A DNA stretch of 64,000 nt from Raillietiella orientalis. Its lineage: Eukaryota. Positions 36,236-50,877 of the stretch are shown in pieces. A model generated the notes under the pieces. That model ran no database searches and was not told the origin of the DNA. It saw only the letters and a list, made by a program, of their open reading frames with translations. Position 1 is the first letter of the stretch. Each line of letters starts with the position of its first letter. A program made the position numbers and the translations under genes. The stretch lies in contig JAYWIR010000015.1 of assembly GCA_036172245.1 (NCBI GenBank), positions 868,001 to 932,000 on the forward strand, given 5' to 3'.

Positions 36236-38499
36236 GATTACGGAAGATGCATCATTGGCGCTCCTTAAATCGAGTCCACGACAGATCCGGATTTTGACTA
36301 TGCGGCGAGATAATCTCGGAATTTCCGGAGAAAACAACCAACCTCTGGATGCAAACCACGATGGAAAAATACCAGAGGGCGAAGGCGCATGGTTCGCTTA
36401 GGGCTCTTCCCGCTCTTGAAGCTTTGCATCTAGCAGAAATTCCCGGACGAAACGAATCACCAAATCCTTCAGACGCTGCCCTCTAGGAACAGAAAGATTT
36501 TCCCTCGGCTAAACTTATCCCACAAACCTGACGAGGAATGGGATGATTCAGGTGCGATTTCTTGACGGGAAGGGATCTCGTGCTCTCTGCCTCGGTTGTA
36601 ATTCTGGCTGTTCCGCTTCCATCTCGTCTGATGATAGCAGTCTCCGTTTCACACAAGGAAGCAGCTTTAGTCAGCAATTCAGTTGCTCGGCTTTCCAATT
36701 CCATCTTCCTTTTATTCGACTTCTCTGGTGATCTGGGTGGCTTCCAGAATGTTCCTGAGCACGCTCACTCCCCTTCAACGAACGAATCCACTTCTGAGTG
36801 GATCTTCTCTTCCTTCAAAACAATCCACAGAATTCCCTTTTTACGTCTAACAGAAGAACCTTGGGCCCTTGGAAACCTTGATACACCTTCACTCTTTTTC
36901 AATTTACTCATCCATCTTTCCGGATCTCTTCCTTGTTCTTCCCAATCCAGAGGTGCCATGACTCTACCGTTCCTCTCATTAATGTCTCTCTAGATCATCA
37001 ATGGGAAATAGTAATTAACGACGGTTTTGATCAGATTGAGTATGCCAATCTCCTCGATCTTGACTCCAGGAGCTCCGTCTAGAGAGCAGAGTGGAGAGTG
37101 TGACACGACAAACGTGTTTTCGTGACCTTCAAGGAAATCTCAGAGAGCGTCCACAGAGAAAGAAAGCACAGTAGGCAGATCAAGGGCTACCTGCCTCGCG
37201 ATCTTGAATTTTTTGACTGCGGATGTTTCACATGTGCAGAAAGCGCTCCTCGCAAACCTGTTTCCGGATGTGCAAAGGGAATTAAGGTCCGCGTGCTTGG
37301 TTCGGAATCTTCTCAACTTGCTATTTGCAAGTTTTCCGTTCTTGCCCACGCCTTTTTTTCTTTTTTATTATTTTGTTGCATTACCAGGGTCGCAATCTCG
37401 ATAATGACCAAGCGGTGAGAAGAAGGGAGATCTCGTTGAGAAATTCCAGAATCCCTTCGGAGCCCACTTTAGTTGGGTTGAAAAAAGGCTCACGTAAGTC
37501 TTTGCGAACGATGAAGTACCTCGAGCCCACCTGAAATCCATGAGATCATACAGAACAGGGCGTTTTCTTCTACCAGACACAACGGTGTTTTTAGAATTGC
37601 TGGATTGCTGTTCCAAAGTCACTGCACCTTTTTAATGTTCCCGCGTGACTCAAGATAAAGCCGTATCCGGATTTCTCGCAACTCTCCTTGCAACGTGATG
37701 AGAGTCAGATTCTCTCCTCTTGGTCCATCCGGCTTCTACGGATGGACGTACGTACGTACGTCGATCCGCTTCTGCATTCGGAAAATCCTGGCAAGAAATT
37801 CCTAGGTTACTTGCGGTGTGCCGGCGAAGCGAAACAGCAGGAAACTGGAGGTGGAAACGGGATGAGAAGGAAGCTGATTTCTCCATCCTCTCTGGTGGAA
37901 AGCGCGAAATTCGTTTCTACGAAGAAGGCTCGATACTTCTGGCAGCACTGGTTCACCTACAGGCTAAATCAAGTTTCAATGCACTGATGGCTCCTCGGAA
38001 GGTACAAGTTCACTTCTTCGCACACTCCTCATGTAAGAGTGGGCGAGAAAGGGCATGCAAGAACACACTCTAAAGGAATTCAAAGGGGAAAGGGTTTTCC
38101 ACCGTGCTTTTTCTGAGCTCCCGAACGGTGTCCTTTGAACGAGGAAAAGAAGGATTTCAGGGAAGAAGGATTATCTCTTCTGGTTTCCAGTTTCTCAGTT
38201 GGACACAAAAGAATTCTGGCGTTCTCGAGATGCATCCAAATCCTCGTTACAACGAATGAGGTTCTCAGATACTGTGAAGCAACTCCAACTGAAACTGCTC
38301 TGCTGCATTATCAGCTTCACGTGTACCATTTTAGCTAGTCTCACCGTCATCCACTTGGGCATCCAAATTTTTCTCATCTTCAAACTCAACCAGAAAATTT
38401 TTCCATATCCAGGGTGACGCTTTTCTTTATCCCTAATGGTCGCTGCCTGCTTTCAGGTGTTTCCCTTAACTGCATATCGGAAATCTAAAAAGCCATAGC

Positions 38500-41400
38500 C
38501 GAATCATCTTGAGATGTTTAGGGAAGCTAATGGATTGCAAGGATTTCTTTTCATCTTGCGAGCCAATAGATAGGAAGAAAATTTCTTCCACGTCTTACAC
38601 GAAACGTGGGATTCCATGTTGATGCTAAGGATTCAAAGGAACAAATGATTCTTTGGAATTGGATGAGTGGGTGAACTGCTGCAATAAGTACGAAACTACT
38701 GTAACAGCAGATGCTGTGTTCGTGAGAGCAAATTGATGGATGAGAACAAAGAAAGATCAACAAATGCCCCTGGTGGTTTTGCAGGTAAAAGTGAAAAAAA
38801 AAATCGAAATTTTGTCCGAGGCGCCAAACAAGATTTTAGGGCACGTTAGACCAAACAAATCAATGTAATTAAGGTAATCACCCCTTCTTAATGAATGCAA
38901 GCTGTATGGGTATAGTTAAAAATCCTTCAGAAATTACGAGGCCTAAAATCAAACTTGAAGGATGCATCTTGCATCTTATTTAGCGGTCCTCTACAGGAGG
39001 GAAGACCGAGATTTGCGTTTTAAATCCAAGTGGCCCTCTTTAAGCTCTTCCTCCTTATTGCGAAGAAATTGTGAGTTGGAGTGGGAAAACTGACGTTTGA
39101 TAATAATTCTCTTCCGAGGATTACCATCGAGCGATTCACAGAGCAATAAAAAACAAGGCAAGGAAGAGATTTTTGCTGAGCCCAGCGCAATTTCGGAAGC
39201 TGAGTCGGAAACATAGTGCCAGGATGTGGTCAAGATCTTATATCCTACTCCACTGTTATCCCAACAAAGTGAGTGAAGGCAAAAACAGCATTCTATGGAG
39301 TGTCTAATGTGGACAGGAAAAAGGGAAAACTTACCGAAGCTGATCTACTAATGAATACTGATGAACGAATACCCATGATATTACTAAAAAAATATAATGC
39401 AATCATTGCTTGAAAATTTTTATCACTTCTTGGACCTTAGACCACAGGAACAACGTGCTTGTCCTGTACTAATGAGCCTGAGAAGCACTTACCGTTTGTA
39501 TAGTGAGTTATTCCAGCAACTCCGTCCCTGTAGAAATTATTTATTTTCTATCTAATATGTGTACGCGCTAAGAACCTGGAGGGCTCAAAAGATTGTGAGT
39601 GGTCATTCTGAACATGCAGTCATGTGAAGTACTCTTTGCAGTTGAAAGATTAACACATGTCAAGGTGAACAAAGTGTATGGGAACGATTCGCATACCTCG
39701 CCTTGCAAAATCTCAACATTGAGCAGTAATGCATACTCCCTTGAATTGCTCAAGGATTTACTGGTTCAGTGGCAACATTTGCAGTGTCCTCACGGAGGAG
39801 TTTTGAATTATCTGAGCCTGCATTTTTCGGGTCAGAAGAGCCACCGAGAACTATCTCAAAGGAGACAGCTCCCGCTTGTGAACTAGAAGACAAAGAAGTC
39901 CTTCGGATGAGGTTTTCCTTCCTGACGTCAAAAAGTTTCAATAACCTGAATTTGCTGTTCCCATTTAAAGACTTCACGTCTTTTAAATAGCCATCAGTAA
40001 CCTTTAATAATGAATTTGCGGTTCACACACGATTTTGGAAACTCATTCGCCTTTTTTCCTATTCAATTAGATTGGTTGCACTTTTAACTGTTGATTCGTA
40101 TACTGTTGTATAGTACTTGTTTGCAGAATTTGGGAGTATCAGCTGTTTTTCTGACTAATAGATTTGGTGCAGTCAAAGAATCACCAAAGCACCGAAAGAA
40201 CATGTCAGATGTTTTCACCGTCGGATGCTCAGGGAAGTCTTCGATTTCTTCCCCGCCTTTCAGAATCCTTTTGCCATCTTCCACTCTTTTTCACTCTTTG
40301 GAACTGTGTAAGCAATGCAGGAACTCCGTTTTGCTTTCCGAGTTCAGAAATTGACATTTCGATTCTGCCTTTAAGATTTCGCAATCTGCTGCTGTCTTGC
40401 TGTCACTTCCACTGTTCTGAGATCCCATGAAGAGTTGAAATTTATTTTAATTGTCCAATACATTCTTCATCTCATTAGGGAAATGGAGCTAAGCTTCTCT
40501 TTAGACCTTATATGCTTCTTTCCCGTAAAAATCGGCACGACACATACATTTCGTGTTGAATGTCAAAAAACACACACACAAAAACGGGAATTTTGTATTA
40601 CTGCCTTTTGATTCAGTTTTGTCTTTGCTACAGCCATCATTGCCAGCTGCATAACGAGATGCTTTTCAAAGCAGAGGATATCGAAGTGAAAAGGCAGAGA
40701 GATTTGCGTGAGGAAATTCCAACGTACAATTCCAAGCGATAGCCATGCAGAAACGCACTTCGTGTGCTCCGAGAGAGAATCTGAAGTTTTGGAAAACGGG
40801 AGTTTTGAAAATTTGCAGCATTTCTCTAAAATTCCACAATTTCCGTTCTCTCCAAGAGCAGCACCTTACTTCCTCAAAGATTTGTGTACGCCGTTGGGAT
40901 TTCTGGTGGGTACGGCGGCATCTATCTTACAACTATCTTATGGCAATGATGCTTGACAGATCCCAATGGAATGGTGCAACTTGGCATGAATGTCTCTCTC
41001 ACTGTTTCATGGCAGCATATCCTTCGAAAAAAAAAAAAAAAGGCATGAAGAATTTGGCACTTCCGTTTACGTTTCTCCAGGTGCTAACGAAACACCAGAA
41101 CATATTTCGTCTGGGGAGAAACTCACCCTCAATTCCTCCAACCATTCGAGTAAATTACAATACACCGAATTTTAGTTTTCGAATCGTTCCGAGTAGAAAA
41201 TGGCAAATTGGAGCTGAATTCCGATTTTCCCATAACCCTAACATTCTGCAGGAGAAATCCTTCCCATAGGACAGCCGAAAGTTTCTCAGTCAGATTCAGT
41301 GCATGAGGCGCCTCAACACGAGATCCTTGGGTGGTTTGCGCCCTTTGGGGCACCCATGTCCGAGCAAGGTATGACGGCTATCCAATGGATCGAAATGTTC

Positions 41401-43700
41401 GCCTTCATCCAAGCTTTTCTTTGAGAAAAATCTTTCCCTTCTCAGATGTCTTCAACTTTGTAAAGGAACTTGCCATGCACTCAGGCTCGGTGATCGGAAA
41501 TCTTTTGAAATCTTGACCTTTAAAGGTCAGAGAAAGTGAGAAGAAGGAAAGAAAAGACTTAATTCCATCGAAGAAAGAAAGCACATCGAAATCTCAATCC
41601 CACCCCTCTCACAATGAGGCTAGACACTGTTATTGCAAGTGATTCCTGGGGCGATCCATGTGACTTGAGAGCTTCTTGATAGATGAGTGGACAAACGCAC
41701 ACAAACAGTCATTTGAAATCGGGACGATAAGTGTAGGATACCAACTAAGGAAACGTGACGGACTTCTCAAACAAATCAAATCATGACCAAAAACTTTCAG
41801 TGTAGACAGAAATATCTGAGGCAAGCGATTAATTCGTAGGAGAAAATGGCGCTGCTGATTTGCATAAGGGAGAGAATCAATCTACTCGCTTTTAAAGTAC
41901 TCAATTATTTCTTTAATTATTATCCATCACTTCACTGATTTGAAAGATGAGTATGGTAATACTTCTGGAAGAACCATTCAATGCTCATCAAATTACTTGA
42001 GTTCATTGGGTGGGCATTCTTTTAGTGGTCAAGGAAACCAAAGTTTGGATTGGGAGGACCGAGTAAACAAAGCATGACTAACCCTTTGCCCATCTTGAAC
42101 CCCTTGAATTTTAATCACTGCACCTAATGCCCAGAGAATGATCAGAGAATTAACGAAACTTGGAGTTCTATTACTTAGAATCTTACAATTCGGATTCTGA
42201 GGGATCGGAATTCTCAGACTTCATCTGACTTCCATCTTGGAGTTGCCATTTTAGGAAAGATTTTTATTCTTCATTTCATGGTTTGAATATTTTTAAATTT
42301 CAAAAGGGATTGTGGGACTTCATCCGGGCTGAGTTCCTTGGTTAATCCATTGCAGTCGCTGGGCACCGCTGTCCCCGCGTTTTTTTCATTCCGTTGTAGA
42401 GAGTCGAGGCGATGTTTTCGCATCCAACTCCTGACCACCTGCCCGCTTTTTCGGGATCGACCTTTCGATTGCCTCAAGTGACAAGCGCACCCTCTTTTAC
42501 GTGCAGTTTCTATCAAGAGAACTGCACTGGGAACAGACAACTCGAATCGATTACGCTGTTGTACGTAAGCAGCATTAGCGCACTTGTCTTTTCACTGAAG
42601 ATCTCAATCTTTGGCCTGTATGATACTGCGCTTCTCTCTCTCTACTCTCATGCACCTTCGATAGCGAATAGGTAGGTGCTGGGAGGTACACAACTATTCA
42701 CTATATGATATGTTTAAGAATTATCACCGTGCCATTATCGCGTATCATAATTACAGCTCCCCAAGTCTCGAACTTTTTTGTTTTTGCTTTACTCCTTCAT
42801 TAGTAGTGATTTCTCTACTGAGTGAACCCTACGGTAGCAAAGTACAGCAGGTGTACTATGCTTATTGCATTCTATCTATTACGTCACTTGTGTTGTATTC
42901 ACATTATCCTATTTGAATCTGCTATTTTCATCATGTTCTCCATCATAATTTGAAGTTAAAGTTGAGTATTTTTGCTCCCAATTGGAATCCTGAAAAGCAA
43001 GGAAGCAGGCAGATAATTCAGGCTTTGCAATTTATTCCAGTGGTTCAGTGCATTACATTTCCCATCTCAATAGGGAAAGGAAGTTGAGCTTCTCATTAGA
43101 CTTTTGATGCTCGTCTTCCATAAAAATCTGCAAGACACATGTATTTCATTTTGGTTGCTGAGGCAGGCAGATTTCTGAGTGGAAAGCCCAGGTCATTAGG
43201 AAAGGAATGGAGATCCAGGTTGCCGAAAGATGCTTAAGAAGCTTCAAGAAAGCTATGGATTCATATGGACCATTATTTAGACAGTAATTGCCCTAGACAC
43301 GTTCTTTCCATGTCCAAGGAGTCAAAGGTGACTTTTTCTCACGGTGTGTACTGGAAATCTCGGCTCATGTGGAAGAACGACAACAGCAGAGCTTCAAGGC
43401 ATATGAGTATCCTTGTGCTCGAAGGAAGGAACTTAACGGAGGAATTCCTGTTGCCAAAATGCAATCACAGGAATCAAAAGAAGAAGTAAAGGAACCCGGT
43501 TACTCCTTTCAAAGAGGGAGCTAACTGCTCTCAAGATACGCAGCTCAAGAAGTGACATCGACCAGCATTATCAGCTTCTCCAAATTCATGTTAGGTAAGA
43601 AGTTGCTCACCGCCCATTCGTGATCCTTGAAACCCCACTTGGCGCAACTTTCCCAGCCTCATTCGAACCCTGCCTAAATGAAATACTTCCACTTCCTGTG
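38500..43700 (-). mobile_element. Probable series of very decayed LINE (I/Jockey-like) EN/RT fragments
   Basis: Minus strand remnants: VNLSTAKSTSHD (~39630, cf. DLSKAFDTVxH), SWYPTLIVPI (~41730, cf. WKxAxIIPI), MGAPKG (~41350, cf. GVPQG), VLADFYG (~43125, cf. LGDFN). Confidence 0.3.
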
Positions 43701-45442
43701 ATTATGATCTCTGGGGTCTAAGACTGTTCTTCTTTTCGTCGTCTCCACGGACATGCATCCGGATTTTCAGTGAGCACTTTCCCTTTCTATGCGTAAGTTT
43801 GCTCCCCTGGCTGCCTCTCAAGGGATTCACGTCTCGTTCGTAGACTTGCCATCAAAACTGCCGCATGCACATAGCTGCCGACTCTTGGAGGGTCATTTTC
43901 TTCCTCGCATGAATTGAACTCACTTTGTTGATTTCCTTTTTACTGCCTAAATGCAGGCACTCCTTGCCTTTTTTGGAAATTCAGATGGCATTCAGGGATC
44001 TCGAGAATTTCGCCGTGCGTAGAAAAAGCCTTCCTCATCCTGGCTGCTTCAGAAGACGGATGGAGATTCTCAGGTGTTTTCATACTAATCTGTAACGTGC
44101 GTGCATCCTTTTGCTTACTGTGCCTTTCCTTTTCTACACTTCAATCATTCTTGTTTGCTCGAAGCACCGTCGGCTGACACTCTCATCAATTTGGATGCAG
44201 TGATCTTTGTTAGCGGATCAGCCAACTCTGAAGGATGATTAGAAAGGAGATGGAATGGGTTTGGCATTGCGCAAGTCGAGTACGAATGAAGGTGTCAAGA
44301 AAGAGAATGCATGAACACCAAAACAAAGAAGAATAAGAAAGGAGTAGTTGGAAAAGCGCAAATACCGGAAAATCCGATGATCAAAGAAGTCAGAGGACGA
44401 AAACTTCCAACAGCAGATGAGCTGTTGAGCAACAGCCATCGGGTTCAGTTGTCCAATGTCGCCTCAGTAGCTTTGAGAAGCTCCCTGAGTTCGTCGTGAT
44501 ACTCTTGCGGTGCTCCGAAGATTGGAAAACTAAAAATTAGAGGCACTTCACGACTTCGAAGATCTGGTTGAATGAGACAGAAGGGTTAACATCCCAGTCT
44601 GCATATGAAGTTTGCGGCAGAGAACGGACGAAGCGGACCACTGTCCCTAGTCGGCATTATCCGATGAAAAGGATCTCGGTAATTTGGTAAGAAAAACGGA
44701 ACAAGGATATTAGTGATGAAAAACAGTTCCAAAGGAGCTCTCATTTGCATTTTCTCGGGTTTGCTGATCTTTCGGGTTTCAGAGGAAATCTGCTACCCTC
44801 AGCATTTGCTCCAGCTCGTTCCCGAACCACATTAGCAATGACGTTCCGTTTTCAAACATCTTAAGCAAGACACGAATCTCAGGTATTGGTTTCTTTGGTA
44901 AGCAAAGGTTGTTCATATATCGAAATAGGCAATAGGAACCGGGATGTTCCCAATTCTGTTAATAAATAAGCGTCGCAGATGTGGTTTCGTGTACCGAGTA
45001 GGCAGCATTTACCACGAGGTGTGTGGAAATACTGGATCAGGATCTCATGGTGTTCACAATTCTGCAGCACGGTTAGCACATCTGGATGTGCAACTTGGGT
45101 TATCAAAGGAGAGTTTTTTTGCTCTTGAGCACCTGCAAGCTTCAAAGATCCGTTTCCTTATTTCCTCCAGATCTTTGTTCCCTCAATCCATTCTTCAGTG
45201 CTTTCAGATCACATTTTTTTCCCATATGTAAAGAAAAAAAGACACTTGAAATGTGTAAAGAAAAAAGGATTTGTTCGTTCTTACGAATCCATCGATGATC
45301 CAGAGTAGCTCACAAAAGTCGAATAAGAACAAATCCTTCTTGGAAAACTCGAAGGGTTCTTAGAAAACTGGAGGAGTCTAACTTCACCTTCTTGATTTTA
45401 CTTGTCGTTTTTCAGTCAGTCCGAAGGCACTTTTCGAGACAA

Positions 45443-45850
45443 TTCCTTGTGTCAAGAGAGCGAACTTATGCGGCAGCTCTTTATACGCAGAACTGAGAAG
45501 GCAGGCCATCCATCTTCCCTTCTCCCCTCCTTCTCTCCCGTTCTTTCCGCTAGGGTGGACCCGAGAAAGTCGTGGGAGGCGATCAGGGGGGCACGTGGAG
45601 GGGGGAGAGGTGCGAGAAAGCGAGATACCACCAGACCTCCGTCGTTCCCGATGGCCCGACATTCCAGGAAAGGCGGAGGGTCCTCTTCCTCTTCCCTTGC
45701 CCCTCCCTTCTCGCTCCCTACGGGTCTTGGAGAGGATGACCTCTGGCCGCGTGGACGAGAGGCGGGAATTTCTAGGAAACCTCCAGGGCGGTGTTCCCTG
45801 TGTCAAGAGAGCGAACTTATGCGGCAGCTCTTTGTACGCAGAACTGAGAA
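45443..45850 (+). repeat. 57-bp direct repeats (45443-45499, 45794-45850) flanking a 294-bp GC-rich insert
   Basis: ttccYtgtgtcaagagagcgaacttatgcggcagctctttRtacgcagaactgagaa, 55/57 identical. Confidence 0.9.
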
Positions 45851-48800
45851 ATGTCAGTGTGCTAGCAAGAAATCTTGGTCCTCTCAAGTTGTCTAAGCTT
45901 ATACGAAAGGAAGGCTTGATGCTATCTAATGGAAGGTAGTCCTAACAACTAAATGTTGAGCAAAAGCAAATGAATAATCTTCAGCTCAGACAAGCATTAT
46001 TAGAAGAGAACCATTCTATCTTAATACTGGAGATCTGAATTAGCATCTTGATTGACCATCTTGAGAACACGTTTGTACTAAAATGTGAATCGAAGAAGTC
46101 CATGTGTCACACGGATTCTTGGAGTAGTGGCTATATTTGCTGAAGAGCCAATACTCTTCGATCACGATCTGGAAAAATGTTTGGGATAGAGCTTTACAGC
46201 TGAACTGAGAGTGAAAAGAACACATTCCAGAGAACAGTAACTGATAGACTTGCGCATACGTGCCTTCAAAGCAGAGTGTTGTTCTCATGTTTCTCACATG
46301 AGAAATCGCAAGCGTTCATGGTCCTCATCTACTTTTGACAAATATTTAAGCTCATCGTTGTCTTTCAGAGATCACTGTACAGAATCTGGTGAGAGGCACC
46401 TCATGGAAAACGTAAGGCACACTTTTGCGTTCAATCTCTTCAGCAGGAGAATTCATTAGACGCAAGACCTACGGGATGTGTCAATCAAACTGGAAACTAC
46501 ATCTCTCATTTTGCCGCTACCCTTGCTCTCAGGACTGGTTCATCAGGATGAAGAATATTCATATAGAGGTGCTGTTTCTGAATGAAAGACAAGTAGCCTC
46601 TCGTCATCCACATTTTCAGCTTCACGCTGTTTTTGCTTCTCACTGATGTACAGGGAGTTGCATCAGTATATCTTATTCGGAGAGGAAAACCTATAGACGT
46701 CAAGTGGACTCATAAGGAAGAATCTTAGAAACGCGAACTAAGGAGTACAAGGTCATCTATATTCCACTTTCAACACCTTTCAGAGTCCAAGCTCAGAGTC
46801 TGCAGAGACTGATTTTCCGACTGAAATAATGGTTCTATTTGGACAAAAGTGAGAACGGGCTTAGAACGCACACCATCCTCACCTTTAAGGAACTGAAAGC
46901 TGAGCATCACGAAAAACTCTGTTGCTGATCCTTTTGGCTCATCTCTGACAAAAAAAGCTTCAAGAGCACGTTTGAATATCAGAACGTGGTAAAAGTTCAG
47001 AGAGAAGAGAGAAAACAAGGAAGTGGGTCCTTGGAAGAGATGCAAGGTAGGCGAGCAATGGTTCTCATCGAAGCGAGGGAGAAAATTGTGCTAATGCGTG
47101 GAGGAAGACTGCACTCACGCAACCGGAGATGAGATAATCTATACACAAATTGGCTTCCCATTGCCTTGACAATTCCTTAGGTTACGCAAGAGTAGATTGA
47201 TCTAAAGAGATGCTGGTGAATTCCCTCTCGTTGGAACCCTGATAGATATGCACAACGGCAGATAACAAAAACGACTGCTGAGGATCTCTTGTAGGCACCA
47301 ATCTGCAGTCATTCAGAAATAAAAGAACCTGTTTGATGAGTGCTTTTGGAGAGTGCTAGGATAAAAAAGCGTTCTTGCTTGCATAGTACCTTGCTTGCAC
47401 GTTTCCATCCGGGAGACTGCAAAGTGACGTGCAGACTGGTCAGAAACTCCTGTTTTGCGTGACTTAAGAAAGGACATTCTTGGGATTCACTCTATTTCAA
47501 ACAAACTGACAAAATTTCCAAGTAAACTGACAGATTCTCGGCTCAGAATAAAGGTGGAGGCTAGTATCCGGTTACTCGCAATATGTCGCCGTTCCTCGGT
47601 GCCGAAAACGCCTTCCAGTTCAAGAGTTTGCGGTGGTCAGTGAATCCTGAACTCGGTGAGTTCCCCGACTCGATCTTCTGGATCTCCAAAGAACTGCGAG
47701 TAGCACTGTTCAGTCTGCTGCATGGAAATGGGCTCGGGCTGGGAGATCTATCCTGCCGAAACGTACTGCTGGAATAAAAATGCATTCTCCTCTCAAATCC
47801 ATGTTGATGTTCACAAAAGATTCCATCTTCGAGTTGTCAGTGGGCATTCATTTAAGAAATTAGGGTCTGGATCTGAGTCTAAGCTACTCTGGATCATGGA
47901 TGGACTCATTAATTTAAGAAATTAGAGATAGTTTCTGAAGATATAACGTATCCTTTCTTTTATCTTTGGCATTTCTGGCAGACTGAACGCAGCAACTGAA
48001 TCAGAATGCTCAGGGTTGGCATTCAACATCCCATTACAACTTCCTCTTGGCATTTCAAATCTGGTTCTTCTTCATCTCTGTGGCATTCAACTTCGTCCCT
48101 ATTGAGAGACGCGGAGATGTTGGCCTCTGATTCCTGAAAGGATGGCTTTCGTCTCGATGTCTTTTCATTCACAACTCAGTGTGCTTTCGATTTACTAAAG
48201 CTGAAAAGAGTACACAAATCAATCGACAGTATGTTGAAGGTTTCAGGCATTTCAGGGTTTCTGTTCTGTTGTTAAGCGTTTTGTCCTGCTGATCAATGTT
48301 CTGAGATACCCGAGCAAACTTCATTGCAGCGAGGGCGTCAGGCATGTCTTAGGAGCAAAGGACCACTTGATAAAGACTACTTCTCTGTTCAGATTCCATG
48401 ATACAATCTGTTAAGACTATCACGAGGAGCACAGGGAAATTAGTCCCCCTTCTGAAGATTTTTAGAGCTTTTGTCAAGGGAGGAGAAAACAAAAGGAATG
48501 AAAAAGGACTCTTATCGTTCTTGTATTGTCAAGAGTCATCCTGCTACCAGACTCGGATCACTAGTCTCCCCTTTCGTCATGAGTTGCATGGGAATGCAAC
48601 CCTTTCTTGCTTTGCACTCACCATATGCTTTGGTAAGAGAACAGCTCCTGGATCAACTCCGGGTCAGCTACAGCGTAAATTTACGGAGAACTCCTTACTC
48701 ATCGTGACTGCTTTGCTGATTCTGCAAGCACTGCAACTAAAAGTGCAAACCAGTCCTAGTAGCACCGGCTTCCTCCAGCAAGATATCATGGAGATTTTCA

Positions 48801-50877
48801 GGCCTCGAAGTCCAGTCTTCTAGACACCAGACAAAAGAGAGAGAAGTTCACCAGTATGACATTCGTTCCACAGGATTTTCAGGAAGCTGTGAATTACGGA
48901 AGTAGCAACGTTATTGAGATTGAGGCAGAGCAGAATTGTGTGGAACTCATAACTATGGAACACATTGCTGTCTAGCTGTAGATGACTTTTCGGCAAGTGT
49001 GGAAGCTCAGGAAAACTAGGGAGTTCTTACAAAGGGATGTGAACTTCTGTGATGTCCATCCCCAGCCCCTGGGGCCACGTGCGTCGCATGCGCACGTGAG
49101 TAAACAACAAGGGAACTCATGGCATGACCCTCTTCTTCATAGGAAGTGGAAACAAACTCATTGCTAAGCCTGCGTGCTCATTAGGTTTCCGCGTGTCACG
49201 AGGTCTTTCCTCGTGTCCCTTCCTCGAAAGTGTTCTCTTCTCATCACGAGTTTTCTGAGTTCTTTTGCAAACAGGGTGATGTCCATCAATGCTGGAGCTA
49301 TCCGGAGTTCTCCATCACGAACTCTCATATGATTTCATCCATTCTCCGTAATCAATTTCTATGTCACAGAGCGCAGTCGACGCGATTCCGCCCTTCCCAT
49401 CGTGATCTCAGAAGCGCACGCGCGGTAGCACACCTTCTGGTTTCTGGTTGGTTTCTCTTCCGATTTCCCACTGCTCCCTCTTGCCTTTTTTCCCTCCTCC
49501 CGCCGACTGTTAGCACGGACAGAAGGGGTCGCAGCTTTCAATCTCGAGTATTTTGGGGAACGATCCGGAAGTTTCGCTGTTACCGCACCCTAGGAAACGC
49601 CGCTCAGTGGCATCACGAAAGTGGAGTCCACTTGTGGATGGATTCTCACAACTTCGTTACCGACTCAGAAGAAAGGCTTCGTGCTGGCGGTTCTCTCTTT
49701 CGTTGCTGATTTCCTCCCAGCATCCACCGAATGCTCTTCATTCTTGAAGGATCTCCTCCTGCTGCGTGGCAGCCGTGGGATTTTTGCACTTCAGCCTGCT
49801 GCCAAGACCTCCAAGGACCAGGAGGCTGCTGCACCATTCTCCAAGTCCCCCTGCTGCATGGGCTGCCCGCTGTAGAGTGCATGATGTACTGCGCGAAGTG
49901 AAGCGCCCACACTCGTGTACCTCTTGCTCCACACTGTACCAAACGCCCATTACCCGATTGTCACACGCCTGGAGTCCGGTTGGTGTACCTTGCTGGGTCA
50001 GCATGCGAGACAAGACTGAGGCATCATGCGGTATGCAAACCAGTACACATATGTACACTTTTCCAAACCATGAACGCGTTCTGTGTGAACACCGCTTGTT
50101 GCACGATGCTCAGCTGCTTACCACTTGATGAGCCACACTGATTCCTGCGGTGCTCGCAAATCCAGTACACACACTCATGTGAACGTACACTGTCGCATTG
50201 CTTTTCTTTTTCTACGAAGCTCGACTCACCGAGACTAAGGCGTGAGGCCCCGCACATACCACGAGATGCCGCTTCGCGTGTGCGTCGTAAGTACCTGCGT
50301 CCTGCCCCATGTGCGCGGACTCCCCGTGCATCATCGCTGCTCCACGTCCTCGGAGCCACTCAAGAGCAGGGTAAGGTAGGATAGGGTCTCCTCCCGTGAA
50401 GAATGCACGCTTGCCCCGGCGTGCAAGTAAGCGGGGTCGCCCGCTTTCCTTCTGTTCGTGAGGAGGACCACCACAGGGCCCGGAAGAGCGTGACGGCGCC
50501 GCGTTCGCACGTCTCCAGGGGAATGCGTGCATCGATCGGGTCGGCCTCAGGAAAGGGGCAGGCGACTCACTCCGGATGCTGCATCCTGGTTCTCGCTGAC
50601 CCTGTTTCCCGCAGAAGTCCGCTTTCTGCTCCCCGAGGAGTGACCGGGTCCAGCGACCGCTCTGCGTCTTCCGATACCCAGTCTCTGCAGAAGCTTGAGC
50701 GCTTCCTCTCCCCTTTCCTCGCGATAGGGAGGGGGAGAGACGACGACAATGAAGCTAGGAAGCCTGCTCCTCCCCTTTTGATGTTCCCCAAGTCCCGAGG
50801 TGCGGGTCAGGGAGCTACCGCGGCGCAGCGTTCCGCAGAGGCCGCGAGATGGGCGCTGCGGTCGCGCGGGTCGCTCC

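Noticed and set aside
45402..45896. 164/167-aa ORFs with internal peptide repeats
   Set aside because: Produced by the GC-rich insert plus the 57-bp direct repeats; open on both strands with no coding signature.
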